Shown one piece after another: positions 12,643 through 26,865 of a DNA stretch of 63,570 bases. Source of the stretch: Takakia lepidozioides. Taxonomy: Eukaryota; Plantae; Bryophyta. Position 1 is the stretch's first letter, and each line of letters opens with the position of its first letter. The stretch lies in the NCBI GenBank assembly GCA_030704615.1, contig CM060734.1, forward strand, positions 15,624,431-15,688,000, read 5' to 3'. The notes beneath the pieces were generated by a model. The model saw nothing but the letters and a program-made list of their open reading frames with translations. It was not told the DNA's origin and ran no database searches. The position numbers were made by a program, and so were the translations under genes.

Positions 12643-13760
12643 TCAATCCACCCACACTATTTTTTGTGGTGTTGGCTGACCTGCTTTCCAAGTCCCAAAC
12701 ATGACCTCTTCAATTATCTTCTGCCAGCAACATACCTTCACTCTGGAAACATAATTCACTACGCCACACTCCCTTGTGATGGCATCCTTCTCTCAATCAT
12801 TCTCTCTGATAATCAATTATTCACAAAGTTGTCTATACCCCAAGATGGGCCTGCACTGCTACTCAGGCTCCTTGTACAAAATCTCCAAAGCTCTGACTCG
12901 CCAAGCTACTACAGTATTCATGTTAATCATTGCCCGAGGGGCACACCCCCATTTATAGCTCTCAATGTGCACACTTTAAAATGTTCCAACCAGGGCTATT
13001 ACACACACATCAACCAAACGCAAATACTTACCAGACCACCCCATCAAGCCAGCCTCTGGCCAACCCTCCATCCAATACCACACCCACCCAGATCACCCTT
13101 ATCAACATATGCCCCCACCTAACAGACCTACTACACAAATTCACCTAAGACCCCCCCAAATACCACTACCCCTCACAAAACTCATGCGCCCAACTCATGT
13201 GCTCCCTCCTGCCCAGGCTACACCTCACTGAGGGACCTCCAGCATCCCTGCAATACATACATCCAATTCATCGACTGACTAACCACAAATATCAAACACC
13301 ATATCACCATTTACATGGATCCATCCATACCCTACCCAAGATGTGTATAACTCTACCCCCAATGATCACACCCAAACTAGTCAACCCCTACTACACACCT
13401 TATACCCTGACATATCAATTATGTTATTCACTTGCCCCAACAACACCTCTCATCCACAAAATAACCAAACTCATGATGACACCTTCATCCTTACATTACA
13501 CCCATGCACACAATGGCAACCATATGGTACCCACAACATTCAAGATCTACTCTATACAGCCCTCACCTTCATAACAAATATCCCCAGAATTGGTCCCCCC
13601 AATAACTGCCATAACCCTCCTTCACTACGATCAGTTCCTATGACAGCCATAAATCCAACTTCCCACACACGAATGCTATCGCCCCACCTCAATGCCCCTG
13701 CCAATGCCTTCACAACATCATGCCACTGGATTAATTCATGCCAGACCCAACCCATTGCAA
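12643..13760 (+). pseudogene. Probable LINE ORF2 fragment (post-RT region)
   Basis: Same C/A-rich coding-strand bias and Pro/His/Thr-rich translation as the LINEs at 36.2-39.9 kb and 57.4-60.2 kb. No diagnostic motif seen. Confidence 0.45.
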
Positions 13761-14310
13761 CATTAGCGCATCAGCCGTCTTTGCCCCACCAAATTACTTG
13801 CATACACAAAGCACGAGACCACCCAAGCTGGCTCTGAATAGTGCAAGCCATCCCAAGAGCATTGGCAATCCGAGTCTCATTCGACTTGTTGGGAGGGTGT
13901 TGTCTCTTCACTCTTCCGAATCGCATTGTGGGATGTGCAGAATTGTCCAATCCGTCTCTACTGGACCTCGCAGTCTGCAATGGCTGGGTCTGAGGAACTG
14001 GAAATGGGTGGGCCGGGACGTCTGAGCGTTGCACCATTCGAAATCCTGCTGCAGAATAAACATCCGCCTCATTCTGAGAGAGGTTGCAACCCGGTGTAAC
14101 AGGCCAGACGCCCGGAGGCTCCGGCATTCCCTAAATCCCGTACTTGGGCTTGCCAAATACACAAGTCATTATGTCATGCCTAAGGAACCAAAACGTCTGC
14201 GTTGTGGTGTGAGAAAATCTGGGAGTCATAAATCTGCCGCTAATGTAGTAACTGCAATGCCCAATCTCCACTGCAGCTTGTTGGCAACCCACACTGTCTC
14301 GCCGCCACCC
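13760..14310 (-). pseudogene. Inverted fragment of a second MULE-SWIM transposase family member
   Basis: FWFLRHDIMTCVFGKPKYGI..MPEPPGVWPV...AAGFRMVQRSDVP...NETRIANAL matches FWFCRHDIMTCVYGKPKYGIQTMPEAPPVWPV...AAGFRMVQRTDVP...NETRMGNAL at 5400-5740. Confidence 0.92.
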
Positions 14311-14565
14311 CAAAACGAAATCCATACATAAAGGCCAGTACCGCACTTACCCACTCACTGAGCACACTCCTCCTTCCCACTATCTCTCACGCCTCTCCCT
14401 TCCTAGCTTCACTACTCCACCACAACATACCTCCATGCTTGTATTATTCTAAACCAAGTAGCACCCTGACCCAAGTTCGTGTCAACAGTAAACACCCTTG
14501 TTCAACAGGCTTAGCACCCCATAGGCTGCACATCCTCAACCTCTACACTCTAATGAAAACGGGAT

Positions 14566-14992
14566 ATGGCCAAGATGAGCAACGAAGAAGAAGGCTCTGC
14601 TCAGTTGAGCCCAATTGAAGAAGACGATGAAGTCAGTGACATGCACGTCTCCGATGAGCAATACTTTGCTGATGACCAAATACTGCAACCCAAATCCGCC
14701 CGAGACCAGATAGAGATCACCAACAAAGAGGTCAACTCGCCCCAGGAAATGCGATCATACGAGGCCGATTTCTCTCCCCAATGAGGAGCCCCTCCGCCTT
14801 CAGTATCTAGCATGCCAGCAGGGGCGGTTCACACCAGCCCCAACCTCAAGCAACTTTCCAGCACCATCAACAGTGACGAAGGCAGATCACACTCCGAACC
14901 CAAGAAATCCAGGCCGCCCCCCCCGTCAAACGAACATCCGCCAATTCTCGAAGGCACTAACTCCCAGCCCCTGCCGCAACTGTGGATGGGCT
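14566..14992 (+). pseudogene. Probable LINE ORF1 N-terminal fragment
   Basis: Ends in QPLPQLWMG, matching PTSPQLWMG in the LINE ORF1 segment at ~60770-60795. Internal stop at 14782. Confidence 0.5.
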
Positions 14993-15632
14993 CGGGGGGT
15001 TGGGCGTTGCTAAACCCCCACCCTTTTGCAGTAGTGTCTGTTGGCAACTTTGAAACCTTAATGTCACCCCATAGAGTGGATGATGGAGTGGATATGATCC
15101 TGCATCAAAGTTTACTGCACTAACAGAGGGGTGAAGGATTTGGGTCCTCAATGATTTGCACAGAGCATGTTTCTCAAAGTTGAATATATAATGAGTGAGA
15201 GAGCCTAGGGACAAGTCTGCCAGGCATGCCTGGTTCAGTAGTTTATCTGTCAACCTTCAACTAACCTATGCTGCATCAACATGTTTTCATGATGTCACCC
15301 ATTGCTATTTTGCAAATGTCCACCACCCATCGTGCAAACCCTTGACCAAGATAATTAATTGACGTGAGCAGCAGTCCTGGGAAATATTCCATAATGTTAC
15401 AAAGATCTGACATTCCAAAGCCTAGGTTCTTATTCACAAATAAGAAAAATGTAGATAATGGACACATTGTTTGCCTTGCTTGAAACATGAGATTATTGTT
15501 GGCATTATAGCCCTGATACAACCAGCAAAATAGCCAACAAGAGATGACAAGCTAGCTGCCATGCACATGATTGAGAAGTGGGGGCTCAGTTTTTTCTCTA
15601 TGGTGGCTACGCCGCATTGGGGTTGAGAGTGG

Positions 15633-16609
15633 TTAGAGATTTACGAGAGCGCATATTCTAGGAGCAAGGACAGCCACACATCCTATTCCCATGCCATAGT
15701 GTTGTGGAGCCCTTGGCATCCAAATGGAAATTGGACTCCTGGACCCATACTTCCAATTTTTCCATACCTGCCAACTCCGTGTTGATTCAGCATGACTCTG
15801 CTGCAGCTGCAAGACAGCTGGAATGAGTGACCAAAGAACTATCCTCAAACGCACAAGGAGGCATCTGTACCTGTGACCATGACAAAACATGTGCACCGTG
15901 TGTCGAATCATTTGGAGCAGCAGGGGAGTCACCATAGTTACTGTTGGCTCCTTCTTCTTCTTTGTCAGCCGAGTCAATTCTTGGACCTCACTGGGCCTGT
16001 CTACTTATGTGACTTTTGTGTCTTCAAACCAGCAGCCTGTGTATTCTTTGCTGTAGACACCCGTGCCTTGACTGGTACAATGGGTTTTTTGGGCTTCTTT
16101 CTAGGGGAATGTCCATCATGGTTGTCTTTTGCAACCTGCTGGTTACACTTTTTCAAGACAGGTGGTGGTGACAAAGCATCATCTTGCATAGCCGTATCCA
16201 AATAATTGTCAGGAACATATTGGGAGTACGGGTCCTCACTGACCATCTCATGGTCTGATTCATCACCTGTGCTTAACAGTCTCCTCACCAACTTGGGATG
16301 AGATCTACCAGGGGATACCATGGGCACATCTGCAGGTTTCAGATGAGTCTCAATTTGCGTATACTGTGGATTCTGCTGATGGTGTACTCCAACTCCCAAT
16401 TGAGCTGTGTAATAGTTAGGCTTAGAGTTTGGAGATATCACCTCCATCCCACAACCACTTGGCTTCTTCATTATGGCAGCCAGCTCAATGCTCGCAACGG
16501 ATGGGCTCAGTAGAGATGATCTGTTAGCTCCCACATGAGAGCATACCCAAGCTATGATATGATCATTAGCCAAGAATGAAATTGAAGTACGGGTTGGGTC
16601 TGCTCCCAC
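15633..16609 (-). pseudogene. Possible second (accessory) ORF of the CACTA element
   Basis: Co-oriented ORF pieces (16001-16609, 15633-15977) directly downstream of the CACTA transposase. No recognised domain. Confidence 0.35.
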
Positions 16610-16967
16610 CCCATAGTCAATGAGACAATTAAATGAGAATGTGACCCTGATAGGACTACAAATAGAAAGTCAAAATGGACTCCAGCACATACTATCAAGC
16701 CAACATGACGCTATTGCCCTTTTACCAGGAATCATCTTCCTCGCTCCTACATTCACAAGGAAAATAACCGCAACAAGTGGATGCTGCAGCACAGGATGTC
16801 CGCTGATTTGGGACTCAAAATGCGCCTCAGTGTGCCACTCAAAATGTCATATAATGCATATGTCATTTTACCAGGCCAGTGGCTGAAGCACAGGGTGTCC
16901 AGTGATTTGGAACTGAAAATGTCACTCAGTGTGTCAGTTAAAATGTCAACATGACGCTATTGTCCTT

Positions 16968-19900
16968 TTACCAGATGTAGTCATCTTCATCGCTACTACT
17001 TTCACTACACTCATGGTCAGTGTTGCAATCCTCACTATCTCGGTGCCATGGTTCGTCCCTTCGTGGCGGCCTCATCATAGCAATAGTAGCCATCTCAGCT
17101 TCGGTAAGGGTCGTTGAAGGTCCAAATTCTGTGTTGGGATTCACATCCTCCAATGCCTCCGCCACTTGCATCCTTACGCATGACTCATTCTCACCCAAGC
17201 TGACACCAGTGACATCATGTACCACGCGCCGTGAGCGCGGCTCCTTCTGAAGTACTACTTTCCAGTTACCAGCGTTGGAGGGCTCATCTGCAAAAAAAAC
17301 TTGCTCGACTTGCCATGGAAATGTGAATGGTTCATCTCCCGGTGGCAACATGCGATCGAAGTCCACGAGTAGGAAACCATACTCATCCTTCTTCATGGTG
17401 CGGTTGCGACCTGTCAAGCTTGCTCTGACCCATTCACATATGAATACTACAGGAGTGACAGCACCATACTGAAGCTGTAAAATTTCACGAACAACACCGA
17501 CATATTGCAGCTGGTTCATGACAGGGTTACCATCCACACCCCTTCCCGTTGACTCTTCGGCAAAAATCTGTGCAACCCCAGAGTCGAATGTGACATGGTA
17601 ATCAACCACACCTGTTTCCACCACTCTGTAGTGATTTCCGTATGCCCACATCGACCGAAATGAACGAGCAACAAACCCTGGTGGCTTACACAGATGACGA
17701 ATATTTGCATCATACGCTGCTCCTCTTGAAACAACATTTTGTACTGCCGACTGTATCCACATATGAAAAGCAGGCAAAGGCAACATGTTTTCGGGGTATG
17801 GAACGGTGCGTTGGTGTGCATTTCTCCCTTGGGTGGTGTATGTGGCTCGAAATTCGGCTCTGGCTGATTCTATGGTGGCCTTCTCAATATCATAAAGTCT
17901 GGTCATACTCAATTCACACTTAGTCAGGACCATAGTATGTACAAAGAGGCTGAGTGAAAATTGAGAATGCGCCAATTTTGTGTCCGGAAATGGTTCCCAG
18001 AGTTAGCATGTGAAGCCAAATAAATGATGTATACTTACCTCACAAACGGTCTCATGCACGCCGTGTTGTGAAGCACATAGTCGTGTGCACTAGCCCGAAG
18101 CTCAGCCGACAGTTTCCTTGGAGTTCCAAAGCCCTCTAATACTTCTCCCGCAACACTTTCTTCGTTGCAATCCCAGACCCTTCTACGAGTTCCTGGAAAT
18201 GCAGCTATGTACTCTGTGAGGAGGCCAAGAGCCTCATCAAGAGAATACCTCCTGGCCATGCAACCTTCTGGCCGGGCATAGCTCTTCACATATCCCTTCA
18301 AATTTTTCATGTACCTCTCGATGGGGTACATCCAACGCGAACTAACAGGACCACAAACCTCCAATTCATTCACAAGGCGTAGCACAAGGTGGGTCATGAG
18401 ATCGAAGAATGAGGGGGGAAACTCTTTCTCCAACAAACAAAGCGTTACAACCACATCCTCCTTCAGGGCTGGTAGTTCCTCGGGATCCACTTTCATGCAC
18501 AATGCGCGAAATACACGAGATAGCTTCATGATTGCGAGCCTTGGACCTTTGCCCAACAAACCTCGAATGCGCAAAGGTAGAACTTGTTGCATCAGTAGAT
18601 GGTAGTCATGACTCTTCATGTGTGAAAGCTTGTTCTTAGCAATATGCTTCTTAAATGAAGCACCATACCCTGTTGGTGTCTTTAGAGCACCCAAAGTTGC
18701 ATAGAAGGTAGTAGTTTCCTGTCGATTCAACACGTAAGGAGCCTGCGGCTTCACCAACTTCCTGCCATCTCCGGGGTGGGGTTTTAACCATAAGTGAGGT
18801 CATATGCCCTCATTCTCCATGTCCTTCCTGCTCGTTACTGTGTCCTTTTCCCCCAATATGGTGCGCAATATGTTTTCACAAATGTTTTTTTCACAGTGCA
18901 TAACATCAAGGGTATACCGTATCAACAAATCCTGAAATCATGGAACCACCATCAATATGGTATACTTTGATGGTAAAGCCAAGAGATGACATCTTAATAA
19001 TGGGAAAAGGAAGAAACCAGCCTTGCATGCTGCAGATAGTATCCAGAGAGACAAAAGCCAGACATTTTCATGGAAACAACCATATTGCTGCTACATGTGC
19101 CATACATAGGCGACTCCAAACTTGCTTCATGCAATTTGCATTAGGCTGAAATCTAAGTCGTGTGTGATGATCCTTACAACTGTATCCATGCAACTATGAA
19201 ATCAGCCCTGCCAACAAACAAACAATGAAGACATACCCACCTTCCAATATGGCAGGTTCCAAAGGATCGACCTTCGCTTCATGCCATGGGATTTGGCAGG
19301 GCACACATTCCGGCGACGGCTGCCAAATGTTTCCATGAACCTCTCGTTTCCTCCGCATTTTGGAGCTGATCCACAGTGGATACTTGGGGGGGGGGGGGGG
19401 TTGTCTGTGATCGGAGGCTCCATTGAAGTGGTTGCGATTGCGTCTATATGGATGGCCCGCTGGTAAGAATTTTCTGTGCCCCTGGTACACCATTTTGCTC
19501 AGTGCACTGGAGTGCCTGGCATCAAGATTGGGCCCGCACATGGGACAAGCCTTGTAGCCCCCAACTGCACACCCTGCTAGCATGGCATATGCAGGATAGT
19601 CATGTACTGACCACATCAGAATGGCTCTCATGACAAAGGTCCTTGATCCTTCATTGCCAGATGCATCATTAGCCCTAACACCTTCCCACAACATGGTCAG
19701 CTCATCCACCAGAGGCTGCAAGAACACATCCGCATTGGTCTTCTTCACGGATGTCGGCCCTGGAATTAAGAGTGTCAACATCATAAAAAAAAGGCTTTGT
19801 GCTCAGCCAAGGAGGAAGGTTGTAGTTCATGAGCAAGACTGGCCACGTAGACCATTTTGTTGATTTATCACCAAAGGGATTGATACCATCCCATGCCAGA

Positions 19901-20660
19901 CCTAGTCGCAAGTTGCGAGGTTCAGCTGCAAAAGCAGGCCATGTATCGTCAATGTATTTCCATGCAAGGCTGTCAGGCGGGTGTCTCATCTTCCCATCTT
20001 GACTTTGGTTCTCCATGTGCCACACCATAAGCTTAGATATCTCCTTGCACTTGTACATGCGCTGCAGCCGGGGAATCACGGGGAAATGCCGCAAGACCTT
20101 CTGTGGAACCAACATCTTCATGCCAGGGATGTACCGAGGCGCCCCACATTTAGGGCAAGATGGTGCATCCTGCAGATCTCCCCTATATAGCACACATCCC
20201 TTCTCACAAGCATGGATGCTATTGTAATTAAGCCCAGCTTTTGTTATAAGTTTCTTCGCTTTGTAATGAGATTTGGGCAAAAAGTTCCCTTTAGGCAATA
20301 GATGTCCGTGAAAAAGTTTCAGAAGCTCATCCATCGCTGCGTTTGTGACACCATGAGTAGCACTAACATTGAACAAAAGCAACGTCGCACTCAAGCAGCT
20401 CGTGGGGCAGCCAACATACAGAGGTGGTTGCTTGATGCTGAAATTGGAAAGCAGCACCGTCATCCCCATCCCCATGACTTTGTCCATCATGATGCCGCTC
20501 GTCTTCTCCAAGCCCTTCATCCTCATTAATGGTGCTTTGCACATTATCTGCAACTTCAAATGTTTCCTGCAACATGCGAATGATGTCGACGTCGGGGTCT
20601 AGATTCTCTCCACCACAAACAGGAACAGGGCTAATCTGTCTTTCCACATCATCCTCAGGG
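16968..20660 (-). mobile_element. CACTA/EnSpm transposase (Transposase_21, DUF4218, DUF4216 type), intron-containing, frameshifted, 5'-truncated
   Basis: IHACEKGCVLY...CPKCG; PRNLRLGLAWDGINPFG...STWPV..NYNLPPW; DYPA; MKSHDYH; FFDLMTHL...RWMYPIERYM; CEWV...DEYGF...DEPF...QVFF. Confidence 0.95.
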
Positions 20661-20745
20661 GATAAAAGATTTAACAGAAATCTTTGATAAGAGTTGGCAT
20701 GGAACACCAAGAGCAGGAACTCCAGTTTCTGAAACTGAAGATGAG

Positions 20746-23700
20746 GTGGCAAAGCCAACAGAGAGTTCAAACTCTCCAACACTATTACAAAACAGTTACA
20801 TGAGTGAAGAAGAAGAAGCCCAAGGGCAGAACTTAGAAGATGAAAACAGAGAGAAGAAATTGGAAGATGAGGAGTATGAAGAAGTAGACCCAACAGCTGA
20901 GGTTGAGACTACAACCAAGACATCCCAACCCGTTGGACCTAGATCAAGTGGAGCACTTGGATCACAGGCCAACGAAGGTGTCGGCTCAGAGGGATTAGGC
21001 GGAAGACCTGGATCTGGCTCTGGGGGGACAGGGAGTGTGGAAAGTAGTGCAACTGAGGCTGGGAATACTGTGAATATAGTAAGGCCAGGAGCAGGAAGTG
21101 CTCAGGGGCCAGTACTTGGTGGAAGAACCACCACAACTACTAGAGGTCCTCGAGGACCAGTATCAGCCAAAGGGCCAACACCTGCAGGAGGGCAGGGGGT
21201 AGGGCCACAGATGGCGTTACAACCAACACGAGCAAAACCACTTTTTCCAATATATTCAGGAAAAGGGGATCCTGATGTACACATTAGCCAATTCGAGCAC
21301 ATGTGTATAGTGAACAATGAGAATGGCGATGATGCCAAGATGAGACTGTTTCCGTGTTCACTTATAAAGAAAACCAGTGAATGGTATGCAAGATTCCCTG
21401 ATAATCATTTCCTAACCTGGAATGGCTTGAGTACAGCGTTCCGAAATAGGTTCAGGACCAGTAAAACTGAGGATGAAGTGTATGGAAGTTTACAACAGTT
21501 GAAGCAAAAGAAGCATGAAACTGTTGAAGAGTATATGGAGAAGATGGAGCTGATGATGAAAAAGCTGGCAGCTGTACCAACACCAGGGCTACAGAAGGCT
21601 TGGTTTGTGAATGGACTAAGACCAGAGCTGCAAAAGAAAGTGGACATGTTACCCCACAATACAGTGGAGGAGGCATTTGAAACAGCAAACAGAATTGAGC
21701 AATTGGGAATGCTCAGGAGAGAGAAAAGAGATGAAGAAGACTCAGAGGATGAGTCAGATGAGGAAGAAGAATTGGAATAGAAGAGGAAGAGTAAAAAGAA
21801 GGAAAAGTTGAAGAGAGAAAATTATGAGAAAAGATTAGAAGAAATCTTGAAAAAGTATGCCACAGAGGCTGCAACCCATTAGAGGAAGGGTGTTTGGTGT
21901 GCAAAATGCCAGAATGAAGGCCACACCACCACTGAATGCCACATGAGGAGAAACATTGCACTATCTGTAAAATGGATAACCATTCTACTGAGAATTGTTA
22001 CTACAACAGAATGATAGCAGCAAGAGAACCTAGACAAGTAAGGGTGCATCAAGTGCAGCCCCAGCCAAGAAGAAACAATGATGAGGACCACTTTGGTAGG
22101 TCTGGTGGTTATAACAATGGCATGGAAAGGAGAGGTAATCCAAGAGGGAATTACCAAGGAAATCCCAGAGGCAACTATCAGGGTAATTATAGGGGAAATT
22201 ACCAGCCAGGGAATCAGGATTACAAAAATAATCCCAGAACAAACCAAGGGCGAGGACCCAATGGAGAAGAACTGTGTTACTATTGTAATCAGGCAGGACA
22301 TCGCAAGGCGGCTTGTCCATTCTGGATCAGAGACCAGAATGAGATGAGAGCTCCTGTGAATGAGGGGCCAGTAGTGGCAGCCCACATGGTTAAGCCATGT
22401 GTTGTACCGGAAGTAAGTACAATGATAGTAACCAGAAGCAAAGCCAAATTAATACCTCCAGTGGAAGAGGAAGTGGATGATAATGAAGATGGTAGTGATG
22501 TGCCTGAAGATGATGAGGCTTGGAGAGATGAGAAAGAACTGCATAAAGAAGTGGCGGATACCATAAGGGAAATGCAGAAGAGTACTGATATTCCCATGGC
22601 AGATTCCTCAGACTCTGAAAGAGAAGAAGAAGTCAGTGAGGAAGAAGGAAAGAAGGAAGCTGCAGAAGTGCAGGGTAGGGAAGGGACTTTGGCTGAAGTG
22701 ATATGCCAGTCCAAAGTTGAAATTACCATTGGACAGCTATTGACTGTGGCACCTTATTGTAGACACAGGCTGTACCAAGCAATCAATAGGATTGCCCATG
22801 TGACAGAGAATACAGGCCTGAACAACAAGGTGACCAGTTATAATGTGAAGCCAGAAGGGCAAGAAGCGGTCATGGACTTTGATGATTCTATGCCAGTAAT
22901 CCAATTGAGAATTGGAAGCACAGAGTTAACTGATGTTTTGATAGATGGAGGCTCTGGAGTGAATATCATGACAGACCAATTGAGACAGAAGCTTGGTCTA
23001 AATAACATGAAACCAGCCCCATTTACAGTAACAATGGCAGATCAAAGGAGTGTTCAGCCATTGGGATTGATAAGAGGAGTTAAGATACAGATTCAAAAGA
23101 TGATTTTTAATATCACAGTAACTGTACTAAAAATGGATGAAGTCATGGAAGCTTATTCCTTATTGCTGGGTCGACCATGGCTGAAACAGGTCAGGGTATC
23201 CCATGACTGGAATTCACAGTTACTAACTGTGCAGGATGGGTTGCACAAGATACAAATCACCACTCAGAAATCTAAAAGACTATCGGCTACAAGAAGACCA
23301 AGAGGAGTCAGAGAGTATGATTGGAAAGAAGGACTGGATGAGGAGCATGAAGCTACCTTGTTCGCTGCACACCCAGAGTGGGAGCAGGTTGCAGAGATGC
23401 AATTGGAAGGCCTCAGTTATTTAAAAAATATATGCTGTGGAGTAGTGACAGCAATACCAATGGAGGGGGAACCGAGCAGTTACCCACCACATTTCTATGA
23501 AGAAAAGGAGGGAGAGATGGAAATCCTAGAGGAACCAGCCACTATAAGTTTACAGGATGAAGTAGTGACTGGTTGGACAATCACAGCTGATGAGCAAGTG
23601 AGAGAAGTAAATGTGGGAACTGAGGAGAAACCAAGGATGGTGAAAGTAGGGGCGGATTTGGAGCCAGAATTCTTTGAGGAAGCTAAGAGTCTGTTCATCA

Positions 23701-25750
23701 AATACAGAGATGTATTTGCTTGGGGCTATGAGGATCTGAAAGGGATACCACCTGAGATCTATCAACATAAAATTGAACTGGAACCAGGTTCAGTACCAAT
23801 CAAACAAGCAAGATACAGAATGAATCCCAACTATGCACAGAAGGTTGGAGAAGAGATCAAAAAGTTGGCGGAGGCTAAGTTTATATACCCGATAGAGTAT
23901 ACGACTTGGTTGTCACCCATTGTGATAGTTCCTAAGAAGAATGGGAAACTAAGAGTTTGTGTGAACTACAAGAAGCTGAATGCTTGTACAAAGAAAGACC
24001 CTTTCCCTTTACCATTCACAGAAGCAGTATTGGACAATGTGGCAGGCCATGAGATGTACTCATTCATGGATGGTTTCAGTGGATATAATCAAGTGCAAGT
24101 GGCAGAAGAAGACCAGGGAAAGACAGCTTTCATCACAGACTGGGGTGCTTATGCCTTTTGGACTTTATAATGCACCAGCAACTTTTCAGAGAGTGATAAG
24201 TGAATCCTTTCAGGAGTATCTGGATGACTTCATGCAGGTGTTCTTGGATGATTTCAGTGTGTACAGCTCTAAAAGTGAGCACTTGCATAAATTAGAGTTA
24301 TGTTTGGCCAGATGCAGGATGAGAGGTCTGGGCCTGAATCCAGAGAAGTGTACTTTCTGTGTGAACTCTGGGGTGCTGTTGGGACACATTGTGTGCAAAA
24401 AGGGACTTCTTGTGGATCCCAGAAAGACAAAGGCCATTAAAGCCTCTCCACCCCCAGTAAATGCTAAGAGTCTAAGGAGATTCCTGGGACAAACCAGCTA
24501 TTATAGAAGATTTGTCAGACGGTATGCACAGATAGCAGCACCATTGAGCAAACTTCTGAAGAAAGATGCAGTGTTTGCATGGACACCTGAATGTCAACAG
24601 GCTTTTGAGGAACTTACATTGTCAGTAACAACTACACCTGTGCTGATTAATCCTCACTGGCAGGAAATATTTCAAGTTCACTGTGATGCTTCAGGAGAAG
24701 CACTGGGAGCAGTGTTAGCCCAAAATGTTATTGGAAGGATAGATTCACCTGTGTACTATGCTAGCCGATTGATGAACAATGCTGAAAGAAATTATAGCAC
24801 AACGGAAAGAGAAGCATTGGCAATGATCTATGCAGTGAAGAAATTCAGGCATTACCTGTTGGGCAAGAAGTTTATGTTCTATGTGGATCACCAGGCTCTG
24901 ATATACCTGGTAAACAAACCTCTGATAAGCGGAAGAATAACAAGATGGTTGATAATCTTGCACGAGTTTGAGTTCGAGGTTGTTTACAAGCCTGGGAGGC
25001 TGCATCTTGTGGCGGATCACTTGTCACGGTTATCAACAGGAGAACCAACCACGGGAGTAGATGATCAATTACCAGATGCGAGTCTATTTGCAGTGGAGGT
25101 GCAGGGAAGTCACTTCATTAATGAGACCATTGAACTATTGACTAAAGAGTTCATGATTGTGCATAAGAAGAGTACAACGTATTACCCACAGGGTAATGGG
25201 CAGGCAGAGGCTACCAACAAAATACTATGTACTATCTTGGCTAAGATAGTCAATGCAAACAGAACGGATTGGGATACAAAGCTGCTGATAGCTTTGTGGT
25301 CATACAAGACTTCATATAAAGTCACCACTAAGTATACACCATTCCAATTAGTTTATGGTATGGAAGCTTTACTTCCAGTGGAATTCCTGTTACCTACCAT
25401 GAGAACGGAATGGGGAAAGAGAATGAAATTGCAAGAATCCATTAAGGTTAGGAAACATGAATTATACCATGTGGAAGAAGTATGAGCTGATGCAGCTGAC
25501 AACATGACCAGAATTCAGAGGAAAAGGAAGGATCAGTTTGATGAAGGGAAGTTGAAGACTTTTAAAACATGAGATTTGGTTTTGTGGTTACAAAAGAAGG
25601 GAAAGATTAAAGCTTCTAAGCTTAAATCGCCATGGAAGGGACCTTATGTCATACAAAAGATGTATGATAACAACACGGCCATGTTACAAACCATTAACAA
25701 AGAGATGCTGGGGAGAGTCAATGCCAACAAGTTGAAAGGATACAGTGGTA
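20746..25750 (+). pseudogene. gag-pol with premature stops, frameshifts and a large integrase deletion
   Basis: ORFs 20746-21780, 21936-24170, 23980-25485 and 25576-25974. FAVEV joins directly to QGSHFINE at ~25101, so the IN zinc finger and the first half of the core are missing. Confidence 0.92.
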
Positions 25751-25890
25751 TCCATGACAAACCATTGAGGCACGATTTGCATATAGAAACACAGGAACAG
25801 TCAGGGGCTACCCCAGTAATACCAACGGAACATGAAGTACTTGTCGTAAAACCAATTGTGTATGGTCTGAGCAAAGAACACAGGTGTTCG

Positions 25891-26045
25891 AACAGCTATC
25901 ACAGCCTAACACAGGATCACACAGCCTATCACAGCCCAACACAGGGTCACACAGCCTATCACAGCCCAGCATAGTGTCACACAGTCGCACACAACCTAAC
26001 ACAGTGCGACATAACCTGTCACAGTCTAACACAGCCTACCAGAAT
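25891..26045. repeat. Short tandem repeat (~30-bp unit built from acagccta-like subunits) after pol
   Basis: acagcctatcacagccyaacacaggRtcac repeated 3-5 times with decay. Confidence 0.85.
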
Positions 26046-26865
26046 TACACAGTCCATAAGATCAGTGACAGGTGGACGCAGGATAACTTCAGGGAAATGG
26101 CCGGCGGAAGAAAGGACAGAAGCCAGTTTAGAAATGGACACGTGGAAGTCAGGGCGCGACACACAGCTGAGAAGGAAGTGCAAGAACAGGTGTCATCAAG
26201 AAAGAGGACAAGAGTGGCCGTCAAAGTACCTACTTAGCACGTCAATTCGGATGAATGGCGGGCCCATTACTGAATACGGAAAAAGGGTAACGGAACAAAC
26301 GGCAAGTACAGAAAAGCGGAATTCTTGTCACATGTGTTATCCTAGTGGACAGTCCAGCAGGGAAAGTCCACTAAAGAAAATTAAATCTAAAATCCAGTCA
26401 CAGCGGTTACAGCCAATCATAAGCCAAAAGCAGGATCAAGAAATTGGAGGGATTTTAATCGCAAGAGTCGGCGACGTTCCAAGTAACGGGCATCTCGACG
26501 GGACAGACCATCAATGCTATAGCCTTGAAGCTATGGAGGAACTAACAGACTATACGCTCGGAAAATTACTTACGCAGTGGCATAGGGACGGAAGGACATA
26601 GCGTATCTTTTCTCTTAATCATTGCTTGCAAGCCCCACAGGCTTACAAGAAATTACCCATAGCATTTTGTAACAACCATACGTTTATGCTTTGTGCCCTA
26701 CAGGCATTTCTTCAATTGTTACAGCCAAAACCTTTTTGTGGGTCTACAATGAAGAGAGTGAGAGGAATGGAAGAAATCAGGGTGAAGAGCACCACAATCC
26801 TGTAGAAACAAACGATTGCTACTCCACAAGCGGTACAGTTACTGAAGGAGCTGCGATTAGAAGGA

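Noticed and set aside
15118-15130. CACTA terminal repeat (cactaacag)
   Set aside because: No partner end, subterminal repeats or 3-bp TSD can be shown.
19385-19400. Programmed frameshifting at G-runs (also 34454-34464)
   Set aside because: Homopolymer slippage or sequencing error is simpler; many other frameshifts occur in these decayed copies.
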